Below, piece by piece: positions 18,794-29,000 of a stretch of DNA of 64,000 nucleotides. How positions within the stretch are numbered: the first letter of the stretch is position 1; each line of letters opens with the position of its first letter. A program made the position numbers and the translations under genes. The stretch is from Candidatus Elulimicrobium sp. (GTDB lineage Bacteria; Patescibacteriota; Minisyncoccia; Phycocordibacterales; UBA918), in NCBI GenBank assembly GCA_020720815.1, contig DYNY01000003.1, positions 1,002 through 65,001 of the forward strand, read 5' to 3'. The notes under the pieces were generated by a model, which was given only the letters and a program-made list of their open reading frames with translations, searched no databases and had not been told where the DNA came from.

Positions 18794-19468
18794 ATGTCAC
18801 ACTTTGAAATTGAGATCAAAAGTCTATTAGGTGAAAAAAAGAACGCAGAAGCTTTAATCGAGGCGATGAAAAGCCACGATGGAGAGTGTGCTCTTTTATC
18901 TAAAAACACCCAGTTAAATCATTACTTCACCGGCGGTTCGATTCATGAGTTATACAAAAAAGTTGAACATCTTTTTACCGGGGTTGAGCATGAAAAAATA
19001 AAAACCATTACCGAGCGAGGAAAGGATTTTTCGATTCGTACCCGACAGAGAGATGACGAAGTCTTGTTGGTTATAAAAGCGGCGATTGATGGTGGCACTA
19101 GTGCTAACGCTGTCTCACGCCTTGAGTTTGAAGAACCGGTGGCAATCACCCTAACGGGACTTGATGATTTACTGATGACGGCTGGATATACTTACGAGGC
19201 CAAATGGTCACGCAGGCGTGAGGAGTATGTTTACAAAGGAGTGGCAGTCTGTATTGATAAAAATGCCGGCTATGGTTACTTGGCTGAATTTGAGACGGTG
19301 ACAGAGGATGAAAGTAGTTTGCCAGCAGTGCGGGAGAAATTAAAAGAATTGATGGATGAGCTTGGAGTGGCCGAATTACCGCAAGAACGTCTAGCGCGCA
19401 TGTTCGCACACTACAATTCCAACTGGAAGGAGTATTATGGTACTGAAAAGACTTTTGTTATTGAATAA
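18794..19468 (+). CDS. CYTH / triphosphate tunnel metalloenzyme family protein
   Basis: N-terminal EIEIK, IRTRQR, K..R.EFE, RRREEY, CIDKN..YG.LAEFE. Confidence 0.8.
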   Translation: MSHFEIEIKSLLGEKKNAEALIEAMKSHDGECALLSKNTQLNHYFTGGSIHELYKKVEHLFTGVEHEKIKTITERGKDFSIRTRQRDDEVLLVIKAAIDGGTSANAVSRLEFEEPVAITLTGLDDLLMTAGYTYEAKWSRRREEYVYKGVAVCIDKNAGYGYLAEFETVTEDESSLPAVREKLKELMDELGVAELPQERLARMFAHYNSNWKEYYGTEKTFVIE

Positions 19469-19478
19469 TTATCACAAT

Positions 19479-20033
19479 ATGTTTCTATCTGATGTCGATA
19501 TCATGAAGGGGGTGCACGATGGCAAGATTGTTATTAGGCCGTTTAATGAGTCTCAACTTCAGCTAGCTAGTTATGATGTTACACTTGGGAATGAGTTTGA
19601 AGTAGTAGACAGACATTTACTTGAAGCTTCCGACCCGGCCCATAAAATTTATCCAGCTACTCGCAAAGTAATGATTCCCGATGATGGCGAATTCGTTCTT
19701 CATCCAGGTGAAAATGTTCTCGGTAAGCAACGTGAGTTTATTGGAGTCGATAATGAACACCTGATTCTGCTTTCCGGTAAAAGTAGTTTGGCTCGTATTG
19801 GACTGGTGGTTCATAACACCGCTATGCTTTTTAATCCCGGGCATCATTTCTACCCCACCTTTGAGCTAGTGAATAGTAGTAATATTCCAATTATTCTTCG
19901 TCCGGGTATGCAGGTGGCTCAGTTACTTTTTGCTAGACTGACTTCACCGACCAGTAAAGACTATATGGGTGAGTCCGGAGTTGGGCGTTTTGATAGTGAG
20001 AACTCAGACCATTTTGCTGAACCAAAAAAATAA
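19479..20033 (+). CDS. dcd: dCTP deaminase
   Basis: LSDVDI, QLASYDVTLG, FVLHPGE, GKSSLARIG, catalytic E in PTFEL, GMQVAQL. Confidence 0.9.
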   Translation: MFLSDVDIMKGVHDGKIVIRPFNESQLQLASYDVTLGNEFEVVDRHLLEASDPAHKIYPATRKVMIPDDGEFVLHPGENVLGKQREFIGVDNEHLILLSGKSSLARIGLVVHNTAMLFNPGHHFYPTFELVNSSNIPIILRPGMQVAQLLFARLTSPTSKDYMGESGVGRFDSENSDHFAEPKK

Positions 20034-20049
20034 TTTAATTATAATTATT

Positions 20050-21060
20050 ATGTCCCAAAAACACCCCGAGTACCAATACTTAGATTTGATGCAGGATATT
20101 CTTGATAATGGTTTTAATAAGCCACTTTTCTTCAACCAAGTAGTGCTCGATGAGTACGCTAGCAAAGGAGAAGAGCCACCATTTATTCGGTCAGTTTTTG
20201 GACGACAAATTCGGTTTGATTTAAGTGACGGTTTCCCATTGTTGACCACCAAGAAAACCTTTTGGCGAGGCATCACCACTGAACTATTGTGGTTTCTCTC
20301 TGGTAGCTCAAATATTAAACCACTAATTGATGCCAATAATCATATTTGGGATGAATGGGCTTGGAAGCATTACCATATGTGGGCAGTAGAAAATGCACCA
20401 AAAGAGGACATGGAGCAGGATGCTTTTATTGCCAAGCTCTTAGAGTTACCAGAGACTGATCCTTTTGTGCAAAAGTGGGGTGACATTATTACTATTTATG
20501 GTCGAATGTGGCGACGTTGGCCAGCTAAAGATGGTCGTGAGATAGACCAACTAGCCTGGGCGATTGAAGGATTGAAGAATCGACCAGAAAGGAAGTCGTA
20601 TGTGGTGAGTGCCTGGAATCCTGATTTTATTTATGAGATGGCCTCGGAAGGACAACACTCCCAAGTACCACCTTTTTGTCATACTATGTTCCAGTTTCAG
20701 GTAGCCAACGGTAAATTAAATCTTGGTCTCTATCAACGTTCGGGGGATTTGTTTCTCGGTGTGCCATTTAATATCGCAAGTTACGCGCTATTACTCCAAA
20801 TGGTTTCTCAAATAGTTGGCATCCCGCCAGGTGAGTTCGTTCATACTTTTGGTGATGTTCACCTTTACTCCAATCATATGGAGCAAGTAAATGAACAACT
20901 AACTCGTGGGCCACTGCCTTTTCCAACGGTGAAACTTAATCCTGAAATCAAAAATATTGATGATTTCAAAATAGAAGATATAACGCTTGAAAACTACGAA
21001 TCGCATGGAGCCCTGCGGGCCCCAATAGCCAACATTGGTGGTTTTATCAAGAAGAAATAG
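20050..21060 (+). CDS. thyA: Thymidylate synthase (divergent)
   Basis: FPLLTTKK, ELLWFL, PPFCH, YQRSGD, VPFNIASY, GDVHLYSNH. Confidence 0.92.
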   Translation: MSQKHPEYQYLDLMQDILDNGFNKPLFFNQVVLDEYASKGEEPPFIRSVFGRQIRFDLSDGFPLLTTKKTFWRGITTELLWFLSGSSNIKPLIDANNHIWDEWAWKHYHMWAVENAPKEDMEQDAFIAKLLELPETDPFVQKWGDIITIYGRMWRRWPAKDGREIDQLAWAIEGLKNRPERKSYVVSAWNPDFIYEMASEGQHSQVPPFCHTMFQFQVANGKLNLGLYQRSGDLFLGVPFNIASYALLLQMVSQIVGIPPGEFVHTFGDVHLYSNHMEQVNEQLTRGPLPFPTVKLNPEIKNIDDFKIEDITLENYESHGALRAPIANIGGFIKKK

Positions 21061-21272
21061 ATATACTATTAAAATAATTTTGTAACATGATTTAATACCA
21101 CTCGTTCAATTACAGAAAGACGGTCACTTCATTTTTTGAGTCGTTTGTTCCAGGAATTTTTGCTGGGAAGGGCAAAAATTTGGAACTAAATTAAGTAAGT
21201 AAAGGAGCCATTGAGCGACTATTATGAACTTATGCAAGGCTCAAAATATTCATTACATTCATTTTTTCATTT

Positions 21273-22541
21273 ATGAACGAGTATCAATTTATTAAAGATC
21301 AAGATCCAGAAATTTACGCCACTTTAGTTGGTGAGGAGGAGCGAGAGCGTAAAGGCGTAGAGCTAATTCCCAGTGAGAACTATGTATCGAAGGCTGTACG
21401 TGAAGCCAATGGCTCAGTCTTTACCAACAAATATTCCGAAGGTTACCCTGGTCGACGCTACTATGGCGGACAAGAGTTTACTGACATTATGGAGACAATT
21501 ACTATTGAGCGGGCGAAGAAACTTTTCAACGCCAAGTATGCCAATGTGCAACCGCTCGGTGGGGCAGCGGCTAACGTGGCGATGTACTTTGCTCTGATGG
21601 AGCCGGGTGATACTGTGCTCGGAATGGACTTAAGTCACGGCGGACACTTAACCCATGGACATCCAACGACCGCCATCAACAAAGTTTTTAACTTTGTGCG
21701 GTACAAGATGAAGGATGTTGATACTGGCGAGATAGATTACGAGGCTCTTCGCCAGGTGGCACTCGAACATAAGCCAAAGATTATTCTAGCCGGTTTCTCA
21801 GCTTATAGTCGCGAGCTTGATTATGAGAAGTTTGTGGCGATTGCTAAAGAAGTGGGAGCTTACACTGTTGCTGACATGGCGCATATTGCTGGACTCATTG
21901 CTGGAGGGGTAGCGAAAAATCCTTTTGACGCTGGCTTTGATGTTATTACGACTACTACTCACAAAACCTTGCGTGGGCCACGCGGGGGAATGATTTTGAT
22001 TCGTGAGAATGAAGATATCGCCAAACGTATTAACAAAGCAGTTTTTCCAGGTATGCAAGGCGGTCCACACATGAATACAATTGCCGGTAAAGGGGTGGCT
22101 TTTGGGGAAGCGTTGACGCCAGCTTTTAAGGTCTATGTCGCACAAATTCTCAAAAACACTAAGGCGATGGAGGTAGTCTTTAAAGCACACGATGTTAGAT
22201 TACTTTGTGGGGGAACTGACAACCACTTGTTGTTGGCTGATGTCTTTGGTTCACTAGGCATCACCGGTCAAGAAGCTGAGACAGTCCTAGATGAAGTTGG
22301 AATTACGCTCAATAAAAACATGATTGCTGATGAGACTCGCACTGCTATGGACCCTTCTGGCATACGTTTTGGTACACCAGCCATGACCACTCGGGGCATG
22401 AAGGAAAGGGAGGCTACTAAACTCGCAGAGATTATGATTACTACCATGCAAGCCAAAGATGATTCAGCTAAAAAAGTTGAATTACAAAGAGAAGTACAGA
22501 CTCTCTGCGAGGCTTTCCCTGTACCAGAAAAGTTTGTTTAA
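21273..22541 (+). CDS. glyA: Serine hydroxymethyltransferase
   Basis: LIPSEN, NKYSEGYPGRRYYGG, HGGHLTHG, TTTHKTLRGPRGG. Confidence 0.97.
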   Translation: MNEYQFIKDQDPEIYATLVGEEERERKGVELIPSENYVSKAVREANGSVFTNKYSEGYPGRRYYGGQEFTDIMETITIERAKKLFNAKYANVQPLGGAAANVAMYFALMEPGDTVLGMDLSHGGHLTHGHPTTAINKVFNFVRYKMKDVDTGEIDYEALRQVALEHKPKIILAGFSAYSRELDYEKFVAIAKEVGAYTVADMAHIAGLIAGGVAKNPFDAGFDVITTTTHKTLRGPRGGMILIRENEDIAKRINKAVFPGMQGGPHMNTIAGKGVAFGEALTPAFKVYVAQILKNTKAMEVVFKAHDVRLLCGGTDNHLLLADVFGSLGITGQEAETVLDEVGITLNKNMIADETRTAMDPSGIRFGTPAMTTRGMKEREATKLAEIMITTMQAKDDSAKKVELQREVQTLCEAFPVPEKFV

Positions 22542-22607
22542 AACCTTGCTTCCTAGCGATAATTGTGTTGCTATTGTAAAATAGCCAGTTTTATATTACT
22601 ATCAATA

Positions 22608-22707
22608 TAGGTTGTTCATGTCTCCTCCTGGCGCATCTCGTGGCTTCTTTGCAGTTGCCTATGATCTCTGCGCTTTTCAGCGGGTCCTTCGGGACCCGCT
22701 TTTTTTT
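22608..22707 (+). ncRNA. Candidate small RNA with anti-SD motif
   Basis: TTGTAA-17-TACTAT promoter at 22574-22602; no ORF; UUCG-capped terminator at 22679-22707; contains catgtctcctcct. Confidence 0.45.
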
Positions 22708-22735
22708 ATTTCATTTTGCCTGTTACAATACAAAC

Positions 22736-23830
22736 GTGAATTTAGAATCCCTACGTTCCTCTTTTTTGTATTCGTTTATTAAACATCATTGGTTAACGAT
22801 AGCTTTTCTTTTTGGTTTTGTTACTGATTTTATTTTGCTTAATCGGATTGATGATAAGTTTGATAATGCGGTTTTATTTCTCTATGTTGTCCTGGCTAGT
22901 GCTTCTTTGGTTTTATTTTATTCAAGTGTGGCGGAGAAAGGTCCGTTGTGGTGGGTACGATTATTGACTAGGTTTACACCGATCACCATGCAGTATGCCT
23001 TTGGAGGCCTACTCTCGGGAATGTTGATTTTTTATGGTCGGAGTGGCGATCTGGTTGCTAGTGCACCATTTTTAGTGTTGATTATAGGTGTCATCATTGC
23101 TAATGAAGTGGTTAAGAAACGTTCTGATCGTCTACTGTATAACGTTTCAATTTATTTCATTGGGGTATTTTCGTATTGCGTTTTGATTGTGCCAGTTTTG
23201 CTAGGGTATACCGGTAATTGGATTTTTTATAGTAGTGGTCTTTTGGCTGTGGCAATAACAATGTTTTTAATCAAACTATTAAAGTGGGTTATTCCAAATT
23301 TCTTAACCATGCAGAAAAGGCTACTGGTTTTTTATGTGGGGTGCTTGTATGTCTTATTTAATACTTTCTATTTTTTTAATTTCATTCCACCTATTCCACT
23401 TTCATTGACCGAATTAAGTATTTTTCAATCAGTTGAAAAAAATCAAATTACTGGTATGTACACGATCATGAAAACAGAACCAGCTTGGTATCAAAAATTA
23501 CCTGGTTGGCCACTGACTTTTAGTCCGATGTCTGGTGGTGGGGTGTCTTGCTTTGCACGAGTTTATGCGCCAACTGCATTTAAGACTAATGTTGTACAAC
23601 GTTGGGAATATAAAGATTCTAATGGAGATTGGCAAGAAAGATATAAGCAGACCTACCCAGTCTCTGGGGAGAATAAAAATGGTTATCGTGGGTTCACAAC
23701 TCTTAGTAATGTAACTTCAGGGGTTTGGCGTTGTAGTGTAGAAAATGAACACGGACAAGTCTTAGGCCGCCAGGTGTTTACTGTCGATACTAGCTTGGTA
23801 CCTCAGAACCTCGTGACAGTCACTGAATAA
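22736..23830 (+). CDS. DUF2914-domain membrane protein
   Basis: ~7 TM followed by VYAP...V.QRW...GYRGFT...G.WRCSVE; GTG start inferred. Confidence 0.75.
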   Translation: MNLESLRSSFLYSFIKHHWLTIAFLFGFVTDFILLNRIDDKFDNAVLFLYVVLASASLVLFYSSVAEKGPLWWVRLLTRFTPITMQYAFGGLLSGMLIFYGRSGDLVASAPFLVLIIGVIIANEVVKKRSDRLLYNVSIYFIGVFSYCVLIVPVLLGYTGNWIFYSSGLLAVAITMFLIKLLKWVIPNFLTMQKRLLVFYVGCLYVLFNTFYFFNFIPPIPLSLTELSIFQSVEKNQITGMYTIMKTEPAWYQKLPGWPLTFSPMSGGGVSCFARVYAPTAFKTNVVQRWEYKDSNGDWQERYKQTYPVSGENKNGYRGFTTLSNVTSGVWRCSVENEHGQVLGRQVFTVDTSLVPQNLVTVTE

Positions 23831-23850
23831 TTGGGTATTGTACAGAAGTC

Positions 23851-25536
23851 ATGAAAGATGTAATTACGATTGCGATTCAGGAAACTCTAGTTAATTTGGG
23901 AATGCCCAGAGTGGCTTTTGCGGTGGATCACCCAGAAGAGGTGGCTCATGGTGACTATGCTTGTAATGTAGCGATGGTGTTAGGTAGAAAAGTGGGAAAA
24001 ACACCGAAAGTGGTGGCCGAAGAAATAATGGTCGCTCTGGAAGGACAGATCGAATATGTTGAGCGGATCGCCATCGCTGGTCCGGGCTTTTTAAATTTCT
24101 ATCTTAGTCGAGACTTTTTTGCGACTGAGATAGAACGTGCTAATACTTTAGGTGAGAGTTGGGGTAAAAATAATGATTGGGCCGATAAAAAAGTAATCGT
24201 TGAGTACACTGACCCTAACCCCTTCAAGGAATTTCATATTGGACATCTTTTCACCAATGTCGTGGGAGAAAGTATTGCTCGTTTGTTTATGATGCAAGGG
24301 GCTGATACTAGACGGGTTAATTACCAGGGTGATGTTGGTCTTCATGTAGCCCATGCGGTCTGGGGAATGCAAAAACTCGGCATTGATGTGGCGGGAGATT
24401 TTAGTGCGCGCGAACTTGGTAAGGCTTATGCGCTTGGTGCCACTGCCTACAAAACCGACGAGACAGCTCAAGCTGAGATAAGAGCCATCAACAAAAAGAT
24501 TTATGATCGCTCTGACGAAGATATAAATACTATCTATGATGCCGGGCGTGCGGTCTCACTAGCCTACTTTGAAACGATTTATGCTAGCATAGGTACTCAA
24601 TTCTCATCGTATTTTTTTGAAAGTGAGACGGGGCCTTTGGGTAAAAAATTGGTTTTGGCTAACCCAGAGGTTTTTACGCTAAGTGACGGAGCAAGGATTT
24701 TTAAAGGGGAAGACTATGGTCTCCACACTCGGGTGTTTATAAACAAAGAAGATTTACCGACTTACGAAGCCAAAGAGTTGGCACTAGCTAAACTAAAAGA
24801 AGATAGGTTAGGTAAATATGATTGGTCCGTTATTAGTACCGCCAATGAGGTTTCTGAGTACTTCAAGGTGCTAAAGCAGGCGATGAGTTTTGTTTACCCA
24901 GAATTAGCAGCCAAGACGGAACACATCGGGCACGGCATGGTGCGCTTAGCTACCGGTAAGATGTCCTCTCGAACAGGGGAAGTGATTGCTGCGATAGATT
25001 TTATTGATGAAGTGATACAAGCCGCTGTGGCTAAAATGGGGCAGAGTGGTCATAGCGAACCAGATCCTGAGCTAGCCCGTAGCGTGGCTATGGCGGCCAT
25101 TAAGTACGAGATTTTACGGGGTTCAATTTTGCAGAATTCTATTTTTGACAAAGAAAAAGCTCTTTCTTTTGAAGGCGACTCCGGGCCATATTTGCAGTAT
25201 ACCCATGCTCGAATTTGCAGTGTTTTAGAAAAAACTAGAGTAGCTGGCTTATCTTCGAGTGTGATGCTATTTCCGGAGACACCTTACAAAGTAGAGCGAA
25301 TTATCTATCAATTTGAAGAAGTAGTGAGGGAGGCATTTTGTGAAAGAGCACCACATAAAGTTACTACCTATTTGACTGAACTGGCTGGGGCCTTTAATTC
25401 TTTCTACGCCCAAGAAAAAATTGCTGACCCGACTGATACGTATGCTCCGTATAAGATAGCCGTGGCTGAAGTAGTGTGTACTACGCTCAAGAACGGTTTA
25501 TGGGTTTTGGGTATCAAGGCGCCTGAAAAGATGTAG
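23851..25536 (+). CDS. argS: Arginine--tRNA ligase
   Basis: HGDYACN, AGPGFLNF, NPFKEFHIGH, KMSSRTG, GDSGPYLQY, GIKAPEKM. Confidence 0.97.
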   Translation: MKDVITIAIQETLVNLGMPRVAFAVDHPEEVAHGDYACNVAMVLGRKVGKTPKVVAEEIMVALEGQIEYVERIAIAGPGFLNFYLSRDFFATEIERANTLGESWGKNNDWADKKVIVEYTDPNPFKEFHIGHLFTNVVGESIARLFMMQGADTRRVNYQGDVGLHVAHAVWGMQKLGIDVAGDFSARELGKAYALGATAYKTDETAQAEIRAINKKIYDRSDEDINTIYDAGRAVSLAYFETIYASIGTQFSSYFFESETGPLGKKLVLANPEVFTLSDGARIFKGEDYGLHTRVFINKEDLPTYEAKELALAKLKEDRLGKYDWSVISTANEVSEYFKVLKQAMSFVYPELAAKTEHIGHGMVRLATGKMSSRTGEVIAAIDFIDEVIQAAVAKMGQSGHSEPDPELARSVAMAAIKYEILRGSILQNSIFDKEKALSFEGDSGPYLQYTHARICSVLEKTRVAGLSSSVMLFPETPYKVERIIYQFEEVVREAFCERAPHKVTTYLTELAGAFNSFYAQEKIADPTDTYAPYKIAVAEVVCTTLKNGLWVLGIKAPEKM

Positions 25537-25548
25537 TTAACTTTCAAT

Positions 25549-25588
25549 AGTAAACGACCACCGGCCCTAAGGCCGGTGGTCGTTTACT
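25549..25588. terminator. Bidirectional terminator
   Basis: agtaaacgaccaccggcc-ctaa-ggccggtggtcgtttact. Confidence 0.8.
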
Positions 25589-25962
25589 TATATGTTGCAT
25601 AGTTTTATTTGTCGTGTAATATTTCTTCTCAGAACCCTGGCGCCGTCGGGGATGTTGATGGAGAAATAAACATGTCTGGATGCTTCAAACCGGAAGTGAC
25701 GGAAGTTACCCCGGCCCATTTTTCGGGCGATGCTCGGCAGTCTTTCATCTTGGGACTTGTTCCCAAGCAAACCTGCATCGAAGTCTCTGGGACCATACTG
25801 TTGGAGCAGGTTGTGGTCGAGTTTCCTCGGCATGACCCACAACTTTTGGCCGAGAGGCTGATTTCGGAGCTTTTGAATCTTCAGGTCAGTCATGGTTTCA
25901 AGATTCGGGGGAGCAAGACGTCCCTGAGGGATATGTTCATTAGTCGACCTCTCGCCTGACAT
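25588..25962 (-). CDS. Orphan hypothetical protein
   Basis: GC-richer ORF bracketed by hairpins between argS and ileS; strand not certain. Confidence 0.45.
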   Translation of the reverse strand: MSGERSTNEHIPQGRLAPPNLETMTDLKIQKLRNQPLGQKLWVMPRKLDHNLLQQYGPRDFDAGLLGNKSQDERLPSIARKMGRGNFRHFRFEASRHVYFSINIPDGARVLRRNITRQIKLCNI

Positions 25963-26093
25963 CACGATGCCTGGTCTACACAAGCCGCACCTGTAAGGTG
26001 CGGCTTTAACGTTTTCGCTAGGCTAAATTAGTGCTATTATGCCGATATATGCCTGATATGCATATTTATTATTATGTCTGATTTACATAACTT

Positions 26094-29000
26094 ATGAGCA
26101 AATTACATGGACGAGAGAATGATTCAGTTAAGGTTGAAGAAGTTTTTAATAAAAGTGAAGTGGCACTACGCGAAGAGGCCATCCAAGCTTTTTGGGTAGA
26201 GCATGATATTTTTAATAAAAGTTTAGAGAAGCCAGCTGGGGTAGAGCCAAAGGGAGATTTTGTGTTTTATGATGGTCCACCGTTTGCCACTGGACTACCG
26301 CACTACGGACATATTCTAGCGGGGACTATTAAGGATGCCATTCCTCGTTTTTGGACGATGCAGGGCTTTCATGTGCGTCGCCAGTGGGGTTGGGATTGTC
26401 ATGGTTTGCCACTAGAGAATTTGATTGAGAAGAAACTAGGTCTTTCTAATAAGCGGGATATTGAGGCGTATGGGGTCAAGAATTTTAATGAGCAAGCGCG
26501 CGAGGCGGTTTTGGAGTATCGTGACGATTGGAAAAAGGTCGTACCACGAATGGGACGATGGGCTGATATGGAGAACGATTATAAAACGATGGATAGCACC
26601 TACACTGAGAGTGTCTGGTGGGTTTTCAAGCAACTGCATGAAAAAGGTCTGGTGTATGAAGGCTTTAAAAGTATGCACCTGTGTCCGCGTTGTGGGACGA
26701 CCCTAAGTAATTTTGAGGTCAATCAGGGTTATAAGGATATTAAAGACATTGCGGTATTTGTTGAATTACCCTTTACTGAGCCACTGCTTGAGGTTGGAGA
26801 ACCAGTCACTTCACTTATCGTTTGGACCACTACCCCTTGGACACTACCGGGTAACATGGCAGCGGCGGTACATAAGGATTTTGATTATGTAGTAGTAGAG
26901 AAAAAAGATGAAGGTAGAGGCGCTTTAGTGCGGTTTGTGGTGGCTAAGGCGCGTGCAGTTTCCGTCTTTGGTAACGATGAGTACATCATTGTTAAAGAAC
27001 TGAAAGGCTCTGATCTCGTTGGTCGTTCTTATGAGCCACCATTTTCGTATTTACAAAATCAGGATTTTAAAGGCAAGGACAAGGTTTGGAAAATTTATCA
27101 CGCCGATTATGTCGAACTTGGTGTAGAGGGTACGGGAGCAGTGCACCTAGCGCCAGCGTATGGTGAAGAAGACATGGTCTTGGCTAAAGCTGAAGGTGTT
27201 CCAATTGTGCACCATGTCGATTATGAAGGACGATTTATGCCATTTGTGACTGACTTTGCCGGAGAATTAGTGAAGCCAAAAGACGACGATGCGTCGGGTA
27301 TTGATCACAAAGACGCTGACATCAAGATACTAAAGGCGCTCCAAGCTAGTGGTAAGATTTTCAAAAAGGAAAATATTACCCATAGCTACCCACATTGTTG
27401 GCGTGACGATACACCGCTTTTGAATTACGCTACCACTTCTTGGTTTGTGAAAGTGACGGATATCAAAGATGACTTGGTAGAAGCTAATAATAAAGTGCAT
27501 TGGGTACCTGAGCATGTTGGTAGTAATCGTTTCGGTCGTTGGCTAGAGGGGGCTCGTGACTGGGCAGTTTCTCGTCAACGTTACTGGGGAGCACCAATAC
27601 CAATTTGGCGTAATCCAAAGACTGGCACATATAAAGTGTTTGGTTCCAAAGGGGAACTGTTGGATCATGTACCAAAGTCTGGTAATACAATTTTTTTGAC
27701 TCGTCATGGTGAATCAGTCTTTAACACCCAAAATCGTCTTAATGGAAAAATTGGTGTAGAGAATGATTTGACTGAATTAGGTCAAAAGCAGTCGGCTGAA
27801 TCGGCCAGGAAATTGAAAACGGCAGGAATTGATTATATTTATTATTCACCACTTCTTCGTACTGAAAAAACTGCTAAAATAATGGCTGAAGTGCTTGGCG
27901 TACCTGAGCAAAATGTACTGGCAGATGAAAGGCTCCTAGAAATGCAGTTTGGTCAGTTTGAAGACAAGACGGTAGAGGAATATCATGCTTTTTTTGGTAC
28001 TGGTTCTGGAAGACTGACTAAAAGACCAGATGGGGGGGAAAGTTGGACCGATGTAAAGAAAAGAATGGGAGTTTTTCTGTTTGAACTTGAGCAAAAACAT
28101 CAAGGAAAAAAGATTTTGGTGGTCTCGCATAATGGCCCGCTACAGATGGTGCAAGCAGCTGCGAGAGGAGATGATTTTGTCACTACCGCTAAGCATATTG
28201 ATAACAATGGTTACGATCTAACAAATGCTGAGCTACGCCAGTTGAATTTTATCTCGTATCCGCATAATGACAATTTCGAACTTGATTACCACCGACCATA
28301 TATTGATGAGGTGACTGTGCTCGATATCGATGCTGTAAAACTTGAACGAGTACCGGATGTATTTGATTGTTGGTTCGAAAGTGGGGCGATGCCATATGGA
28401 CAACACCATTACCCGTTTTCGTGCCCGGTTGATAAATTTGCTAAGGAATATTTCCCGGCCCAATTTATTGCTGAGGGGCTCGATCAAACGCGGGGCTGGT
28501 TTTATTCACTCATTGTGCTTGGTACAGCCTTGTTTGGTAAATCACCGTATGAGAATGTGATTGTAAATGGTCTAGTCTTGGCGGAAGACGGCAAGAAGAT
28601 GAGTAAATCGCTTCGTAACTATCCAGACCCGATGGAATTAGCCGATCGAGTGGGAGTTGATGCGATGCGTTACTATCTACTTTCGGCACCGATTATGAGG
28701 TCAGAAGATCTGGCTTTTTCGGAAAAGGAAGTGCTTGAGTTACAACGAAAAAACATTGGCCGTTTACATAACGTACTAGCAATGTATGAGATGTTCGCTG
28801 ATGGTACCAAAGCTACGGCTGATTCTACCCAGGTGCTTGACCGTTGGATAATTGCACGACTGAATCAGCTAATAGCTGAATCAACACAGTGGTATAAAGC
28901 CTATGAGTTAGATAAAGCTACTCGGCCACTGGCAGATTTTATTGATGATTTGTCGGTGTGGTACTTACGTCGTAGTCGTGACCGTTTCAAGGGGGCTGAA

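Noticed and set aside
18794-19468. Adenylate cyclase CyaB annotation
   Set aside because: The fold is shared, but context points to pyrimidine nucleotide metabolism; cyclase activity is unsupported
27681-28254. Intein in ileS
   Set aside because: No C/S...HN splice motifs or LAGLIDADG; the insert is a histidine phosphatase
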